DNA of 64,000 nucleotides from Myxococcota bacterium (lineage in GTDB: Bacteria > Myxococcota_A > SURF-8). The DNA lies in NCBI GenBank assembly GCA_963674735.2, contig CAXXQS010000002.1, positions 896,001-960,000 on the forward strand. The letters are read 5' to 3'. The position numbers and the translations under genes are program-made. Below, piece by piece: positions 20,030-29,236 of the stretch (within the stretch, counting starts at the first letter, position 1; each line of letters begins with the position of its first letter). The notes below the pieces were generated by a model. The model searched no databases. It was given only the letters and a program-made list of their open reading frames with translations, and was not told the origin of the DNA.

Positions 20030-20428
20030 TTATCGATCGCAAAAAGACGCGTCCACTTTGGCCTCATCCTTGTTCCAAATATGCTCCTGCGGCACCAGAC
20101 AAATCAAGCGCAGCCGCGCATCATGCGGGTTGCGGATCTGATGTTCGTGGTTCGGCGGAACCAGGATTGCGTCCTGCGGCTTGACCGGATGATACGCACC
20201 GTCTAAGAGCACTTCGCCCGCGCCTTCCAGAATAAACAACTCATGTTCGTAAGGATGAACGTGACGGGGGGTGTTGCCGCCCGGCTCGACGTCGAATACG
20301 CGCAGATTGAAGGTGGGTGCTCCGTCGCTTTCCGAAAGCATCACCCGCATGGAAACGCCGACCACACCGTCTTGTTCGATTGGGTCGGCCGTTACGTCAC
20401 GAACCGATTTGATCACCATGGCCATCAT
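20030..20428 (-). CDS. Cupin domain protein
   Basis: PGGNTPRHVHPYEHELFILEG...VPPNHEHQIRN. Start shortened to MMAMVIK (AAAGGA RBS). Confidence 0.88.
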   Translation of the reverse strand: MMAMVIKSVRDVTADPIEQDGVVGVSMRVMLSESDGAPTFNLRVFDVEPGGNTPRHVHPYEHELFILEGAGEVLLDGAYHPVKPQDAILVPPNHEHQIRNPHDARLRLICLVPQEHIWNKDEAKVDASFCDR

Positions 20429-20444
20429 CCTTTCTACGACTCCC

Positions 20445-21476
20445 TCAACCGGGTTCCGCCTCCCAGGTCTCGCCATCCTCAAGAAATTGTACACGATCCG
20501 AATAGGACGGCACAATACCAAAGCCATCCGCATTGCGGATCGCGCAATCGATCGCTCCCGCCAGGCAGTCGGACGCCATCTCCCCCACTTCACCGGGACT
20601 CGCCAAAACCAGCCCCATGGCGGCGCAGATGATCAGATCGCCATCCACCGGAGCCAAGGCGGGCTGCATGGCTTTTTTCAATCCGGCCACCGCCTGCTCG
20701 GCCACGACTTGGCAAGCTCGGCGGTCGAGACGGGCATTGGTCAATACGACGGATAACACGGTGTTTTCCGGAGAGGGCGAAGCGAAACCGCCGGGCAGAC
20801 GGCCCTCCGTAATGGCGCGCTGGGTATCGAGCAAATCCAAGCTGTCGGCTTTTTCGCGCGCCCCGGCCAGAATCTCTCCGCTTTCCGGATCGACCACATC
20901 GCCAAATCCGTTACAAACGGTCATGACCTGCACCACCAGATCGCCCACGCGAGTGGTACGGGTTCCGACGCCGCCCTTCATGGAACATTCCACGCCGCCG
21001 ATCTTGCCAACGGTGGCTCCGCAACCGGCTCCGACCGACCCGACCGTCATGCGGCTGCTTTCGGCGACTTCGCAAGCCTCCATGGCCATGGCCTGGGTCG
21101 GACGCACGTCGAAAGCCCCGAAACCGAGATCGAAAATAGCGGCGCTGGGACACACCGGCACCGGTCCGTAACGGGTGGGCAAGCCACGCCCCTCGCGTTC
21201 GAGAAAACGCAGGACGCCGCCGGTGGAATCGAGACCGTAGGCGCTGCCGCCGGTGAAGCACAGGGCGTCCACACGATCGACGATGTGACCGTCGCGCAGC
21301 GAATCGGCCTGGCGCGTACTGGTGGCTCGTCCGCAAATACTCGCCCCGGCCGGAACGGGCGTATCGAACAGAATCACACTGACACCGGTTTTACCCACCG
21401 GATCCTGCACCTGCCCCACCCGGACACCCGGCACCCGGATATCGCGGTATATCATTTGCGTCGCAGCCCGCATCAT
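20445..21476 (-). CDS. Peptidase S58/P1 family (DmpA/NylC-like Ntn hydrolase)
   Basis: VPGVRVG, TGVSVIL, GGSAYGL, GSVGAGCGA, KGGVG, processing site PEN|TV, DGD. Confidence 0.9.
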   Translation of the reverse strand: MMRAATQMIYRDIRVPGVRVGQVQDPVGKTGVSVILFDTPVPAGASICGRATSTRQADSLRDGHIVDRVDALCFTGGSAYGLDSTGGVLRFLEREGRGLPTRYGPVPVCPSAAIFDLGFGAFDVRPTQAMAMEACEVAESSRMTVGSVGAGCGATVGKIGGVECSMKGGVGTRTTRVGDLVVQVMTVCNGFGDVVDPESGEILAGAREKADSLDLLDTQRAITEGRLPGGFASPSPENTVLSVVLTNARLDRRACQVVAEQAVAGLKKAMQPALAPVDGDLIICAAMGLVLASPGEVGEMASDCLAGAIDCAIRNADGFGIVPSYSDRVQFLEDGETWEAEPG

Positions 21477-23005
21477 CGCAACCTCCCAATCGCGTCTTCC
21501 ACCGCGGCCAGCAGACGGCCATTACGGATTTGAGTGAGAACTTTCTTCTGATCGAGATACAAAGTACGATCATGATCCAAAAACGGCACCTGTTGCCGGA
21601 TCGCCCGGTACGCCGCGCCCGTTCCCGGTGCAGGCGCAAGCGGAGCGCGAAAATCCAGCGCCTGGGCCGCGCACAGCAGCTCAACGGCCAGCGCTTCCTC
21701 GATATTGGCCAGGATTTCCCGCATCTTGCGTGCGCCGATGGTGCCCATACTCACATGATCCTCGCGTCCCGCCGAAGAAGGAATGGAGTCTACCGAGGCT
21801 GGATGAGCCAAGATCTTGTTTTCCGAAACCAACGAGGCGGAGGTGACCTGCGCGATCATATAACCCGAGTTCAGCCCTTTCTGGCTGACCAGGAACGCGG
21901 GCAATCCCGAACTGAGCGAGGGATTGACCAGTTGCTCCACCCGGCGTTCGGAAATATTGGCCAGTTCCGCCAAGGCGATGCCCCCGAAATCCATCGCCAA
22001 AGCCACCGGCTGACCGTGAAAATTGCCACCCGACACAACCAGCCGTTTGTCGCAGAACACCAGCGGGTTATCGGTGGCCGAGTTGGATTCGACGGTCAAC
22101 ACCCGGCGAACATAGTCGAGCGCATCACGGGTCGCCCCATGCACCTGGGGCATGCAACGCAGGGAATACGCATCCTGAACTTTGTGGCAATCCTTGTGCG
22201 AGCGCACGATGGGCGACGCACGCAGCAGCCGACGCAAGTTGGCCGCCACCTGTTTTTGCCCCGCGTGGGGACGAACCTGCTGGACGCTGGCATGAAAAGG
22301 TTTCACCGAACCTAGCAAGGCTTCGACGGTCATCGCGCCCGCGATATCGGCCAGCTTCGCCGCCCGCTCACCATCGATCAACGCCAAAGCCCCGACGGCG
22401 GTCATCACCTGCGTGCCGTTGATCAGCGCCAAACCTTCCTTGGCCTGCAAGGTAATCGGCGTCAACCCGGCCTTGCGCATGGCGGTTTCGCCCTTGTACA
22501 CACGCCCGCGATAACGCGCTTGACCGCGTCCGATCAACGTCAGCGTGAGGTGCGCCAGCGGGGCCAGGTCGCCCGAAGCACCCACCGAGCCTTTTTCCGG
22601 AATAATAGGGTGAACCCCCGCATTCAGCATGTCGATCAGCGTTTGCACCGTTTTGACACGGATACCGGAAAAACCTTTGGCCAAAACATTGGCGCGCAAC
22701 AGAATAATGGCGCGCACCACCTCGTCCGGGAAAGCCTCGCCCACCCCGATGGAGTGGGAGCGGATGAGGTTTTCCTGCAACGTTTCGATAAGCGGGCGGT
22801 CGATCGACACATCGGAAAGGATGCCGAACCCGGTGTTGACCCCGTAAACCACGTCGCCTTTCTCGATGATGTCTTCGATATAATTGCGCGAAGCCTCCAT
22901 ACGCTCCCGCGCCTCCGGGTGCAATTCCACCTTGACTCCGGAACGAGCGACGGCTTCGATGTCCTCCAATGTAAGCGTGTATCCATCCAGTTGAACGATC
23001 TTCAT
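21473..23005 (-). CDS. hutH: Histidine ammonia-lyase
   Basis: YGVNTGFG, His-specific LIRSH, MIO motif GSVGASGDLAPL, QDAYSLRC, GGNFHG, EDHVSMG. Confidence 0.96.
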   Translation of the reverse strand: MKIVQLDGYTLTLEDIEAVARSGVKVELHPEARERMEASRNYIEDIIEKGDVVYGVNTGFGILSDVSIDRPLIETLQENLIRSHSIGVGEAFPDEVVRAIILLRANVLAKGFSGIRVKTVQTLIDMLNAGVHPIIPEKGSVGASGDLAPLAHLTLTLIGRGQARYRGRVYKGETAMRKAGLTPITLQAKEGLALINGTQVMTAVGALALIDGERAAKLADIAGAMTVEALLGSVKPFHASVQQVRPHAGQKQVAANLRRLLRASPIVRSHKDCHKVQDAYSLRCMPQVHGATRDALDYVRRVLTVESNSATDNPLVFCDKRLVVSGGNFHGQPVALAMDFGGIALAELANISERRVEQLVNPSLSSGLPAFLVSQKGLNSGYMIAQVTSASLVSENKILAHPASVDSIPSSAGREDHVSMGTIGARKMREILANIEEALAVELLCAAQALDFRAPLAPAPGTGAAYRAIRQQVPFLDHDRTLYLDQKKVLTQIRNGRLLAAVEDAIGRLR

Positions 23006-23123
23006 TCTTCCCCTCTATTCGTCCGTCCCACGCAGGTGGGCCGGGGAAAGGGTTCGTGCCGGTTCATTCCGTTAGCCTAGCGCAATGCTTGCCGAAACGC
23101 CATTCGATATCGGGCTTTTTACG

Positions 23124-23150
23124 AAAAAACCCCCACCTGACGGTAGGGGC
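23124..23150 (-). terminator. Intrinsic terminator after the VWA lipoprotein gene
   Basis: Minus strand GCCCCTACC-GTCA-GGTGGGGGT followed by a T run. Confidence 0.7.
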
Positions 23151-23173
23151 CTTGATTCGGAATTTCGCCGCTT

Positions 23174-26100
23174 TTATTCCAAGCACTCGGCGTCGTATTC
23201 CACCACGATCTCCGCTCCCGGAGGCGGCGGGTCGTCGTCGGGGAACACGATGCTGTTGGAGGGCGAGTCATATTCCCAGGTGTCGTCCACATCTCCGCTC
23301 ACGGTCACGACGATGGTCGATTCGTCCGCCGAACGCGACAGGAAGAACTGGCTCTTAAGCGCAAACAGGTTGTCGGCGAGTGTGTCGTACACCGGCCGAT
23401 AATCCGTCTCGCAGATGGACATGAAGTGCGCATCGTCGTGCACGTTGCAGGCGTCGGCCACGGCGTTGTAGCGCTTGCCCGCCGATGCACTCTGGTCATC
23501 AGTGGTGTCGGTGCAGCCGCCGTCGGGATCACCCACGATGGCGTAGACCTCGATCATGTTGACATTGCGCATGCCCTTGATGGAGCGGAAGAAATCGATA
23601 TAGAAGGGCACTTCCGCTTCAGCCTGGTCTTCCTCGTCCGAGACGAAAATGATGGACAGCTTGGCGTCCTCACGTAGGAAGCCCGCGTTTTCGTTCAGAA
23701 TCAGCGGTTCGTCGAGCGCCATGTAGGCGGCTTCCAGGCCGGCTTCCTGGCCACCATCACAACCGGTGCCCAATTCGATACGATCTTCGAATTCATCGCG
23801 CAGGCGATCATTGTCCCAGCCGCTTTCACGGTTGGCCATCACCGCCGGGGTTCCCTGCAGTTTACCGCTATGGCTGGCCTCGATGATATCGGCGGAAATC
23901 ACGCCGAGGTGCAGATCGGCATTCCAGGTAACGGCCTCATCGATAAACCAGCCGAAGTTCTGCGACAGCCGTCCCTGCTCTTCGCTCATCGAACCGGAGC
24001 AGTCCACCGCCCACAGGATGTCGACCATCGGATACATATTCTGTTCGAAGGTGTCGACGGTGTGGCTGACCAGGGTTCCATCGCCCTGCAAGGGAACGAT
24101 GAAGATCTGATTTTCGTCGTCGTCGTTGACGATTTCCACGCGCCCTTCGTGCGGCCCCTCTTTACTGGGGCAGAACTTGACCTCGAAGGAGAAGCTTTGC
24201 GGATTACCTTCGCCACCGAGCGTAACCGGCATGCTCGGCAGGCCGACCAACTCGAAGCGCTCATCCGATCCCGCACCGATTTGGATAGTGGAAATGGACA
24301 ATTCCAGGTTTCCGACATTCCACACGTTGACCTGCTCGCGGCGCGAACAGCAATCCAGCGTAACCAGTCCGAAATCGAGTTTGGACGGTAAAACTTCGAT
24401 GCCTTTGCGAGCGCCGTAGCCCTGCACACCGGCGGCTATGAACAAGCTGGAATCGGGTGGAGCCGAACCTTCGGGCGCCCAAGCATATTTTTCCGCATTG
24501 GAATAGAAGTTGAATCCCGAAGCGTACAGCACGCCTGCGGAACTGGGCAGGAAGGTGAGATCGAGATACATCGATTCACCACGATCCAAGGTCTGGTTCG
24601 CAAAGGCGCCCGGCGCTTCCACGAAATGGCCCGACTCCAGAGGCGGCGAATTGAAAAACGGATTCTGCCAGACAAAGCCCCACAGGTTGAGGGGAAGGTC
24701 ACCGCAGTTCTTGATTGTCATCGTTTCAGTGTGCGGCACGTTGATGTTGGAATTACCGAAGTTGATGCCCGGTCCCGGAACCTCGCCGAGTCCGGCAAAG
24801 CCGACTTTACCCGCCAGAGGCGAAATCTCCAAACAGGGCGGTTTCAAGTCGACAACGGATCCCAGAAGATCGACGAACTCCACCTGCTCGGCCTGATTTT
24901 TATCGACCCAGGTGACTTCCGCCCGTCCGACCAGGTTCTGGTCGATGGTGTGCACGCCTTGAATCGGAGAGAACGACACCACCACCGATTTCGTCGTTTT
25001 GGCTTCAAGCGCCACCGGCGGCTTGACTCCGCTGTTTTCCCCATCGAACGAAGCCAGATAGAAGGCTCCATCGGCGTCGTTGGTCAATTCGATCTTGCGA
25101 ATCTGGGTTCCCGCGCCGCCCATGTTTTTGATCAGGAAATATTTTTTGTTTTCAAGTCCCCAAGCGGCTTCACCGAAATTCAACGCCGTCGGTTCCAACT
25201 CGACTTTCGGAACCTCTTTGAGCTGCGAATAAAGGCGAATGCGCGTAACCGGCTGATTGGCCGCGTCGCTCATCAGGACCAACATGCCTTCTTCGGCCAC
25301 TTCGTCGACCGGTTCGAAGGTCAGACCCAGTTCGTATTGATTTCCCGACGCGATCACGCGGGGGATGGCCCAGTGATTCTGCGGGTCATCGATGCTGAAT
25401 TCATCCGAGGTCTCACTCGTGAAGTACAGGGCTTTGATGGTGAGATCGCCCGTGCCGTTGTTGGTGATGGTCGTTTCTTTGTAGGCCGATTCACCGGGAT
25501 ACACCGCGCCGAAATTCAGCTCGGTGGGACGAGCGGAAATCTGGCTATCCGACGAACTGGTTTTGGGGGTGAGAGTAATGAGACAAGCCCCGCAATCGAG
25601 CGTAATGATCTGACCCACGGTTCCCGAACCGCTGCAGCTCATTCCGTCGTCAGTGCTGATGCCGTTTCCGTTCACCTGGCCACGAATCCATTTGTCGGCG
25701 CCATCGTTGTAGAAGAGCGAAATCTCGCAACTCATGTAATCCACCGCCACCCAGACATCGTAGTAGGAGGTTCCGGAGCAGTTGAATTCACCTTCGTACA
25801 GACCGCTGAAGTCATCACAGGTCAGATCATCGCCGTCGGGGTTATCTCCATCGGGGTTATCACCATCGGGTTCATCACCATCGGGTGAATCGCCATCGGT
25901 CGGCCCGGTCGCCGTGCAGACACCGGCATCGCCGCAAAACGACAACGTCTGGCCATACCAGGACACGCACTGATCGTTGGCCGTACATTGGCCATGATCG
26001 ATGCAGACGCCCGTGCTGTTGCAACTCATGTTACCGGTTGCTTCGTAACAATCGGCATCGGTGGTGCAGGTCTGGCCCGGACCGGACGTATCTCCATCGG

Positions 26101-26194
26101 GATCTTCGTCGGCACCACTGCTGCCACATCCGCTAGCGGTCAATAAAACAATAGCCACCACAAGGGCCCACCAAGTGTAAACGGCGCGTGTCAT
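23174..26194 (-). CDS. Surface lipoprotein with multiple Ig-like (choice-of-anchor D) domains and C-terminal VWA domain (CglB-like)
   Basis: Lipobox ASGC; Cys-rich N-terminus; four LNFG/INFG/LDFG Ig units; MIDAS DILWAVDCSGSM, EAGLEAA, FLREDAKL..IFVSDEED. Confidence 0.85.
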   Translation of the reverse strand: MTRAVYTWWALVVAIVLLTASGCGSSGADEDPDGDTSGPGQTCTTDADCYEATGNMSCNSTGVCIDHGQCTANDQCVSWYGQTLSFCGDAGVCTATGPTDGDSPDGDEPDGDNPDGDNPDGDDLTCDDFSGLYEGEFNCSGTSYYDVWVAVDYMSCEISLFYNDGADKWIRGQVNGNGISTDDGMSCSGSGTVGQIITLDCGACLITLTPKTSSSDSQISARPTELNFGAVYPGESAYKETTITNNGTGDLTIKALYFTSETSDEFSIDDPQNHWAIPRVIASGNQYELGLTFEPVDEVAEEGMLVLMSDAANQPVTRIRLYSQLKEVPKVELEPTALNFGEAAWGLENKKYFLIKNMGGAGTQIRKIELTNDADGAFYLASFDGENSGVKPPVALEAKTTKSVVVSFSPIQGVHTIDQNLVGRAEVTWVDKNQAEQVEFVDLLGSVVDLKPPCLEISPLAGKVGFAGLGEVPGPGINFGNSNINVPHTETMTIKNCGDLPLNLWGFVWQNPFFNSPPLESGHFVEAPGAFANQTLDRGESMYLDLTFLPSSAGVLYASGFNFYSNAEKYAWAPEGSAPPDSSLFIAAGVQGYGARKGIEVLPSKLDFGLVTLDCCSRREQVNVWNVGNLELSISTIQIGAGSDERFELVGLPSMPVTLGGEGNPQSFSFEVKFCPSKEGPHEGRVEIVNDDDENQIFIVPLQGDGTLVSHTVDTFEQNMYPMVDILWAVDCSGSMSEEQGRLSQNFGWFIDEAVTWNADLHLGVISADIIEASHSGKLQGTPAVMANRESGWDNDRLRDEFEDRIELGTGCDGGQEAGLEAAYMALDEPLILNENAGFLREDAKLSIIFVSDEEDQAEAEVPFYIDFFRSIKGMRNVNMIEVYAIVGDPDGGCTDTTDDQSASAGKRYNAVADACNVHDDAHFMSICETDYRPVYDTLADNLFALKSQFFLSRSADESTIVVTVSGDVDDTWEYDSPSNSIVFPDDDPPPPGAEIVVEYDAECLE
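25829..25897 (-). repeat. 15-bp tandem repeat encoding (DGDxP)n
   Basis: ATC(g/t/a)CC(g/a)TCGGG... x4.6, giving DGDSPDGDEPDGDNPDGDNPDGD. Confidence 0.9.
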
Positions 26195-26287
26195 GGATCC
26201 TACTCCTGTTCGGCGTGTGTTCGAACCTGTTCCCGTGGCGTGATCGATAAGCGATAAACTCCACTCTCGATTTCAAGAACTGGTTAC

Positions 26288-26329
26288 AGATAACCTATAG
26301 AATTATCTATTAATGGCAGCTTCTGTCAA
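26288..26329 (-). promoter_or_regulatory. Putative sigma70 promoter with overlapping inverted repeat
   Basis: Minus strand TTGACA-N16-GATAAT; AGATAA-N9-TTATCT (26288-26308) overlaps the -10/start region. Confidence 0.5.
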
Positions 26330-26377
26330 GTAAGAAGTTCGACAAACCGGAGATTTTGAAAACACAAACTACCGGTA

Positions 26378-28129
26378 TCAGTGGCTTTTAGTAGGCTTTC
26401 GCTTTTCGGCACCGGGTTTCAGAGCGTATATCGTGTACAGTGGCAGGCCCCAAACCGTTTTCGTATGAAGTTCGGGGTAGCGACGATAGGCGTTGAGCAA
26501 TGGGAAGTAGTGCTCCCAGCGTCGTTCGTGGGTCAACACCATGAATTCCGCGTCCTTGGGACGACTGACGCGGATATGGGCCGTCAGTTTGTGGTCGCGT
26601 TTGTACCAGGGATAGGTGCGCTGGTACTCCCCGACATTGGGTTCATACGAAATCGTGGCGCGCTTGGGACCGTTTTCGTTCCAATAATCGATCATGGAAC
26701 GGTAGCACATATCGTAGTACTGGCGTTCCAATCCCATTTCCGCCGCCCCGCGCGGACCACCGGCCAGCTCGTTGTAGTACGACAGCATGTAGGGATACAC
26801 CCGTCCCATGGCCAGCGCGCCGGGAAGAAGCAATAGCACACCCAAAACAGCCCCCGAAAGGACGGCGGTGCGTTTAAAAAGGGACCAATTTCCGGCCAAG
26901 TGCCTTCGCAAGAGCTCGAACCCATAGCCCGCCAAAACGGCGAAGAAAGGGAAAAAGGGCTGAAACAGCTTGACGCCGCCATACTTGGGGTTGTTTGGGA
27001 AAGCCACGATGGCAACGGCAAAAAAGGCATTGATCGCCATCAGCAGGGCGACGTCGGCCTCGCCTCCGGGCTCCTCGCCGATGGGCGGGGCGCTCTTCGA
27101 AGTCAGGTTTTCGGGCCGCAACTGACGCAAACCGCGCCAGAATCCGAAACCGCCCAACAACAGCAGAAGAAGCGGGACCGTGAAAAGCAGGTAAACGAAC
27201 GGCGCATGCCAGGGCGCGAAGGGCGTATCGTAAATCGAGCCCAGATACAACAGCTTGATGCCGTAGTGGTGGAAATGAAAGTTGAAATAATCCCATAGTT
27301 TATCCAGCGAATTGTGCCAGATCCAAGGCCACAGCGCGAAAAAGACCGGGAAACTCAGCAGGGCCATCGAGCCGCCGATGGCAAAAAAGCGCCGGACCCC
27401 GATTCCCGCCGCCGGACCGAGCAGAGCGATCCGCCACCAACGATACAACCAGTAGGCCACCAAGGGGAAAACCACGAAAGGTCCGTTCAACTTGGTGCAC
27501 AAGGCCACTCCGAAAACCACGCCGGTCCACACCACCCAGGCTCGGCGACGCTCGGCGCGCCAAGCCGCATAGACCACCCAGAAAACCGTGGTCGCCGTCG
27601 CGAGATCGAGGGTGCCGACATGCATATGGAAAAAGGTTCGCGGCATGCCGAGCAAAGCCAAGACCGAAAAGACCGCCGCATAGGGGCCGAAAGACTCCCA
27701 GCTCAGGCGAAAGACCAAGTAGAGCAGAAACAGCGAGAAGAGGATAATCCCCATTCGTCCGGCATCGATCTGTCCCAACCAGCCCAACCCGTCGTAAAAA
27801 ACCAGCCACCCGAAACCGATGGCCAGTTTCGCCACCGCCGGATGCTCGTGATTGTTGCGCCAGCGCCGCTCGACTTTGGCCTTGGAAAAAGCCGAAAAAT
27901 CGCCTTTGACCGCGCCTTTGGCCGCATCGCGCACCCATTTGATGTAGTCGATTCCGGCCGGGACGTAGAAATCATCGTCGTCGGTCAAGCCCATGTCGTC
28001 GAGCGTCGAAACCAAGATCAACAGGGCCAAGCTCAGAAGCAGAAAGCCGATGAGCGCGTAAGCCAAGCGACCCGGTTTTCGCTGATCCGGGACTTCCCGT
28101 TGACGCAGGTTGATGGCCAGGCCCTTCAT
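26378..28129 (-). CDS. GT-C glycosyltransferase (PMT/ArnT, GT39-like)
   Basis: First-loop GLTDDDDFY, NHEHP, multiple TM segments, ALCTKLN, LWPW, LSYYNELAGG. Confidence 0.82.
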   Translation of the reverse strand: MKGLAINLRQREVPDQRKPGRLAYALIGFLLLSLALLILVSTLDDMGLTDDDDFYVPAGIDYIKWVRDAAKGAVKGDFSAFSKAKVERRWRNNHEHPAVAKLAIGFGWLVFYDGLGWLGQIDAGRMGIILFSLFLLYLVFRLSWESFGPYAAVFSVLALLGMPRTFFHMHVGTLDLATATTVFWVVYAAWRAERRRAWVVWTGVVFGVALCTKLNGPFVVFPLVAYWLYRWWRIALLGPAAGIGVRRFFAIGGSMALLSFPVFFALWPWIWHNSLDKLWDYFNFHFHHYGIKLLYLGSIYDTPFAPWHAPFVYLLFTVPLLLLLLGGFGFWRGLRQLRPENLTSKSAPPIGEEPGGEADVALLMAINAFFAVAIVAFPNNPKYGGVKLFQPFFPFFAVLAGYGFELLRRHLAGNWSLFKRTAVLSGAVLGVLLLLPGALAMGRVYPYMLSYYNELAGGPRGAAEMGLERQYYDMCYRSMIDYWNENGPKRATISYEPNVGEYQRTYPWYKRDHKLTAHIRVSRPKDAEFMVLTHERRWEHYFPLLNAYRRYPELHTKTVWGLPLYTIYALKPGAEKRKPTKSH

Positions 28130-29193
28130 GGACGCACCTCGTCGCGTTTGGGAATGGTCTTGCGCTGCGGCTTGTGCCGAGATGGCGCGGGCGTTGCGGG
28201 TGTCCGATCCGGCGTTGCCTGGATTCGCCCAGTTGGTCCCGATTCGCTCGCTGCGTCCGATGCGCCGGATTCGCTCGCTGCGTCATCGTCACCGCGCAGT
28301 TGCGCCAACCAACAGAAATGGCGCATCCCGTCTTTGGCGGCGGTCACTTCGAATACCACATCCATGCGCGAGCCTTTGAAACGGCTGGTATCGATATCGA
28401 AGGGCTGCCAGCCTTTCTTCTGCTCGCTGTGATAGTCGCCCACTTGTCGGCCGTTGATGAGAATGCGGAAACGCACCGGCGTTTTGTTGTTGGCATCGAT
28501 GGCGGGATCGGCAAGAGCATAGCGACCCATGAGCCGGTCGGAAAGACGCAGGTTGCGGTATCGGGCGCGGGTGGTCCAGCCACGCAAAGGATGCATCCAC
28601 AAGACATTCTGCATTTCACCCTGGATGAAAACGGCACGCTGCCCGAAGTAATTCCAGTCGCGTCGCGGACAGTAGTAGCGCATCAGGCGAAACTCGTTGC
28701 AGGGTTGAACGTCTTTGCCCCGCTGCAATTCCACTTTCGCATCCTCGACACTGACGAAGAAATCGTAGCGTACATCGGCCGCGTCGGGGCGGGCGTAACG
28801 AAGCACCCGCAACGGCCCGACGGTTTTTTCGAAGCCGAGTTCGAAATCGCCCATATAACCAGGAGTCGAGGCTCCATGGGCCAAGACGAGCCAAACATAT
28901 GGGTAACTCAAATGGGAATCGACGTTGGGACGCCCGAGAACCAGAACGTGCTTTTGAAAATGGCGGGTGGCGCCATGCTCCCAGACCGGGTGCACGATCA
29001 CCATATCTCCGGAGGAACCCTGCTCGGCAATGATCGATTCCGCCGCGCCCCAGGCGGCGTCGTCAACCGGAACCGGGTCGGGCCACAGCACCGATCCGAG
29101 GCTAAACAAAAATGCCAGCCCCAACAGTCCCGGAAATATCCATCCTCGCCTACGCATAGCGCTCCTTTCTCTGGTAACCGTGGTTTTTACCAT
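28126..29193 (-). CDS. Membrane-anchored hypothetical protein with beta-sandwich (NPCBM/CBM-like) domain
   Basis: N-terminal TM; LWMHP...PVRFRILINGRQV...GWQPFDID; ATGA overlap with the GT-C gene; 27-bp-period duplication (DAASESG x2) at 28241-28284. Confidence 0.6.
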   Translation of the reverse strand: MVKTTVTRERSAMRRRGWIFPGLLGLAFLFSLGSVLWPDPVPVDDAAWGAAESIIAEQGSSGDMVIVHPVWEHGATRHFQKHVLVLGRPNVDSHLSYPYVWLVLAHGASTPGYMGDFELGFEKTVGPLRVLRYARPDAADVRYDFFVSVEDAKVELQRGKDVQPCNEFRLMRYYCPRRDWNYFGQRAVFIQGEMQNVLWMHPLRGWTTRARYRNLRLSDRLMGRYALADPAIDANNKTPVRFRILINGRQVGDYHSEQKKGWQPFDIDTSRFKGSRMDVVFEVTAAKDGMRHFCWLAQLRGDDDAASESGASDAASESGPTGRIQATPDRTPATPAPSRHKPQRKTIPKRDEVRP

Positions 29194-29236
29194 ACCCCCT
29201 TTTGCAATGGCTACTTTTTTCGGTTCAGCGGCGATC

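Noticed and set aside
25829-25897. Short repeats as a CRISPR array
   Set aside because: In-frame coding repeat with no spacers and no cas genes.
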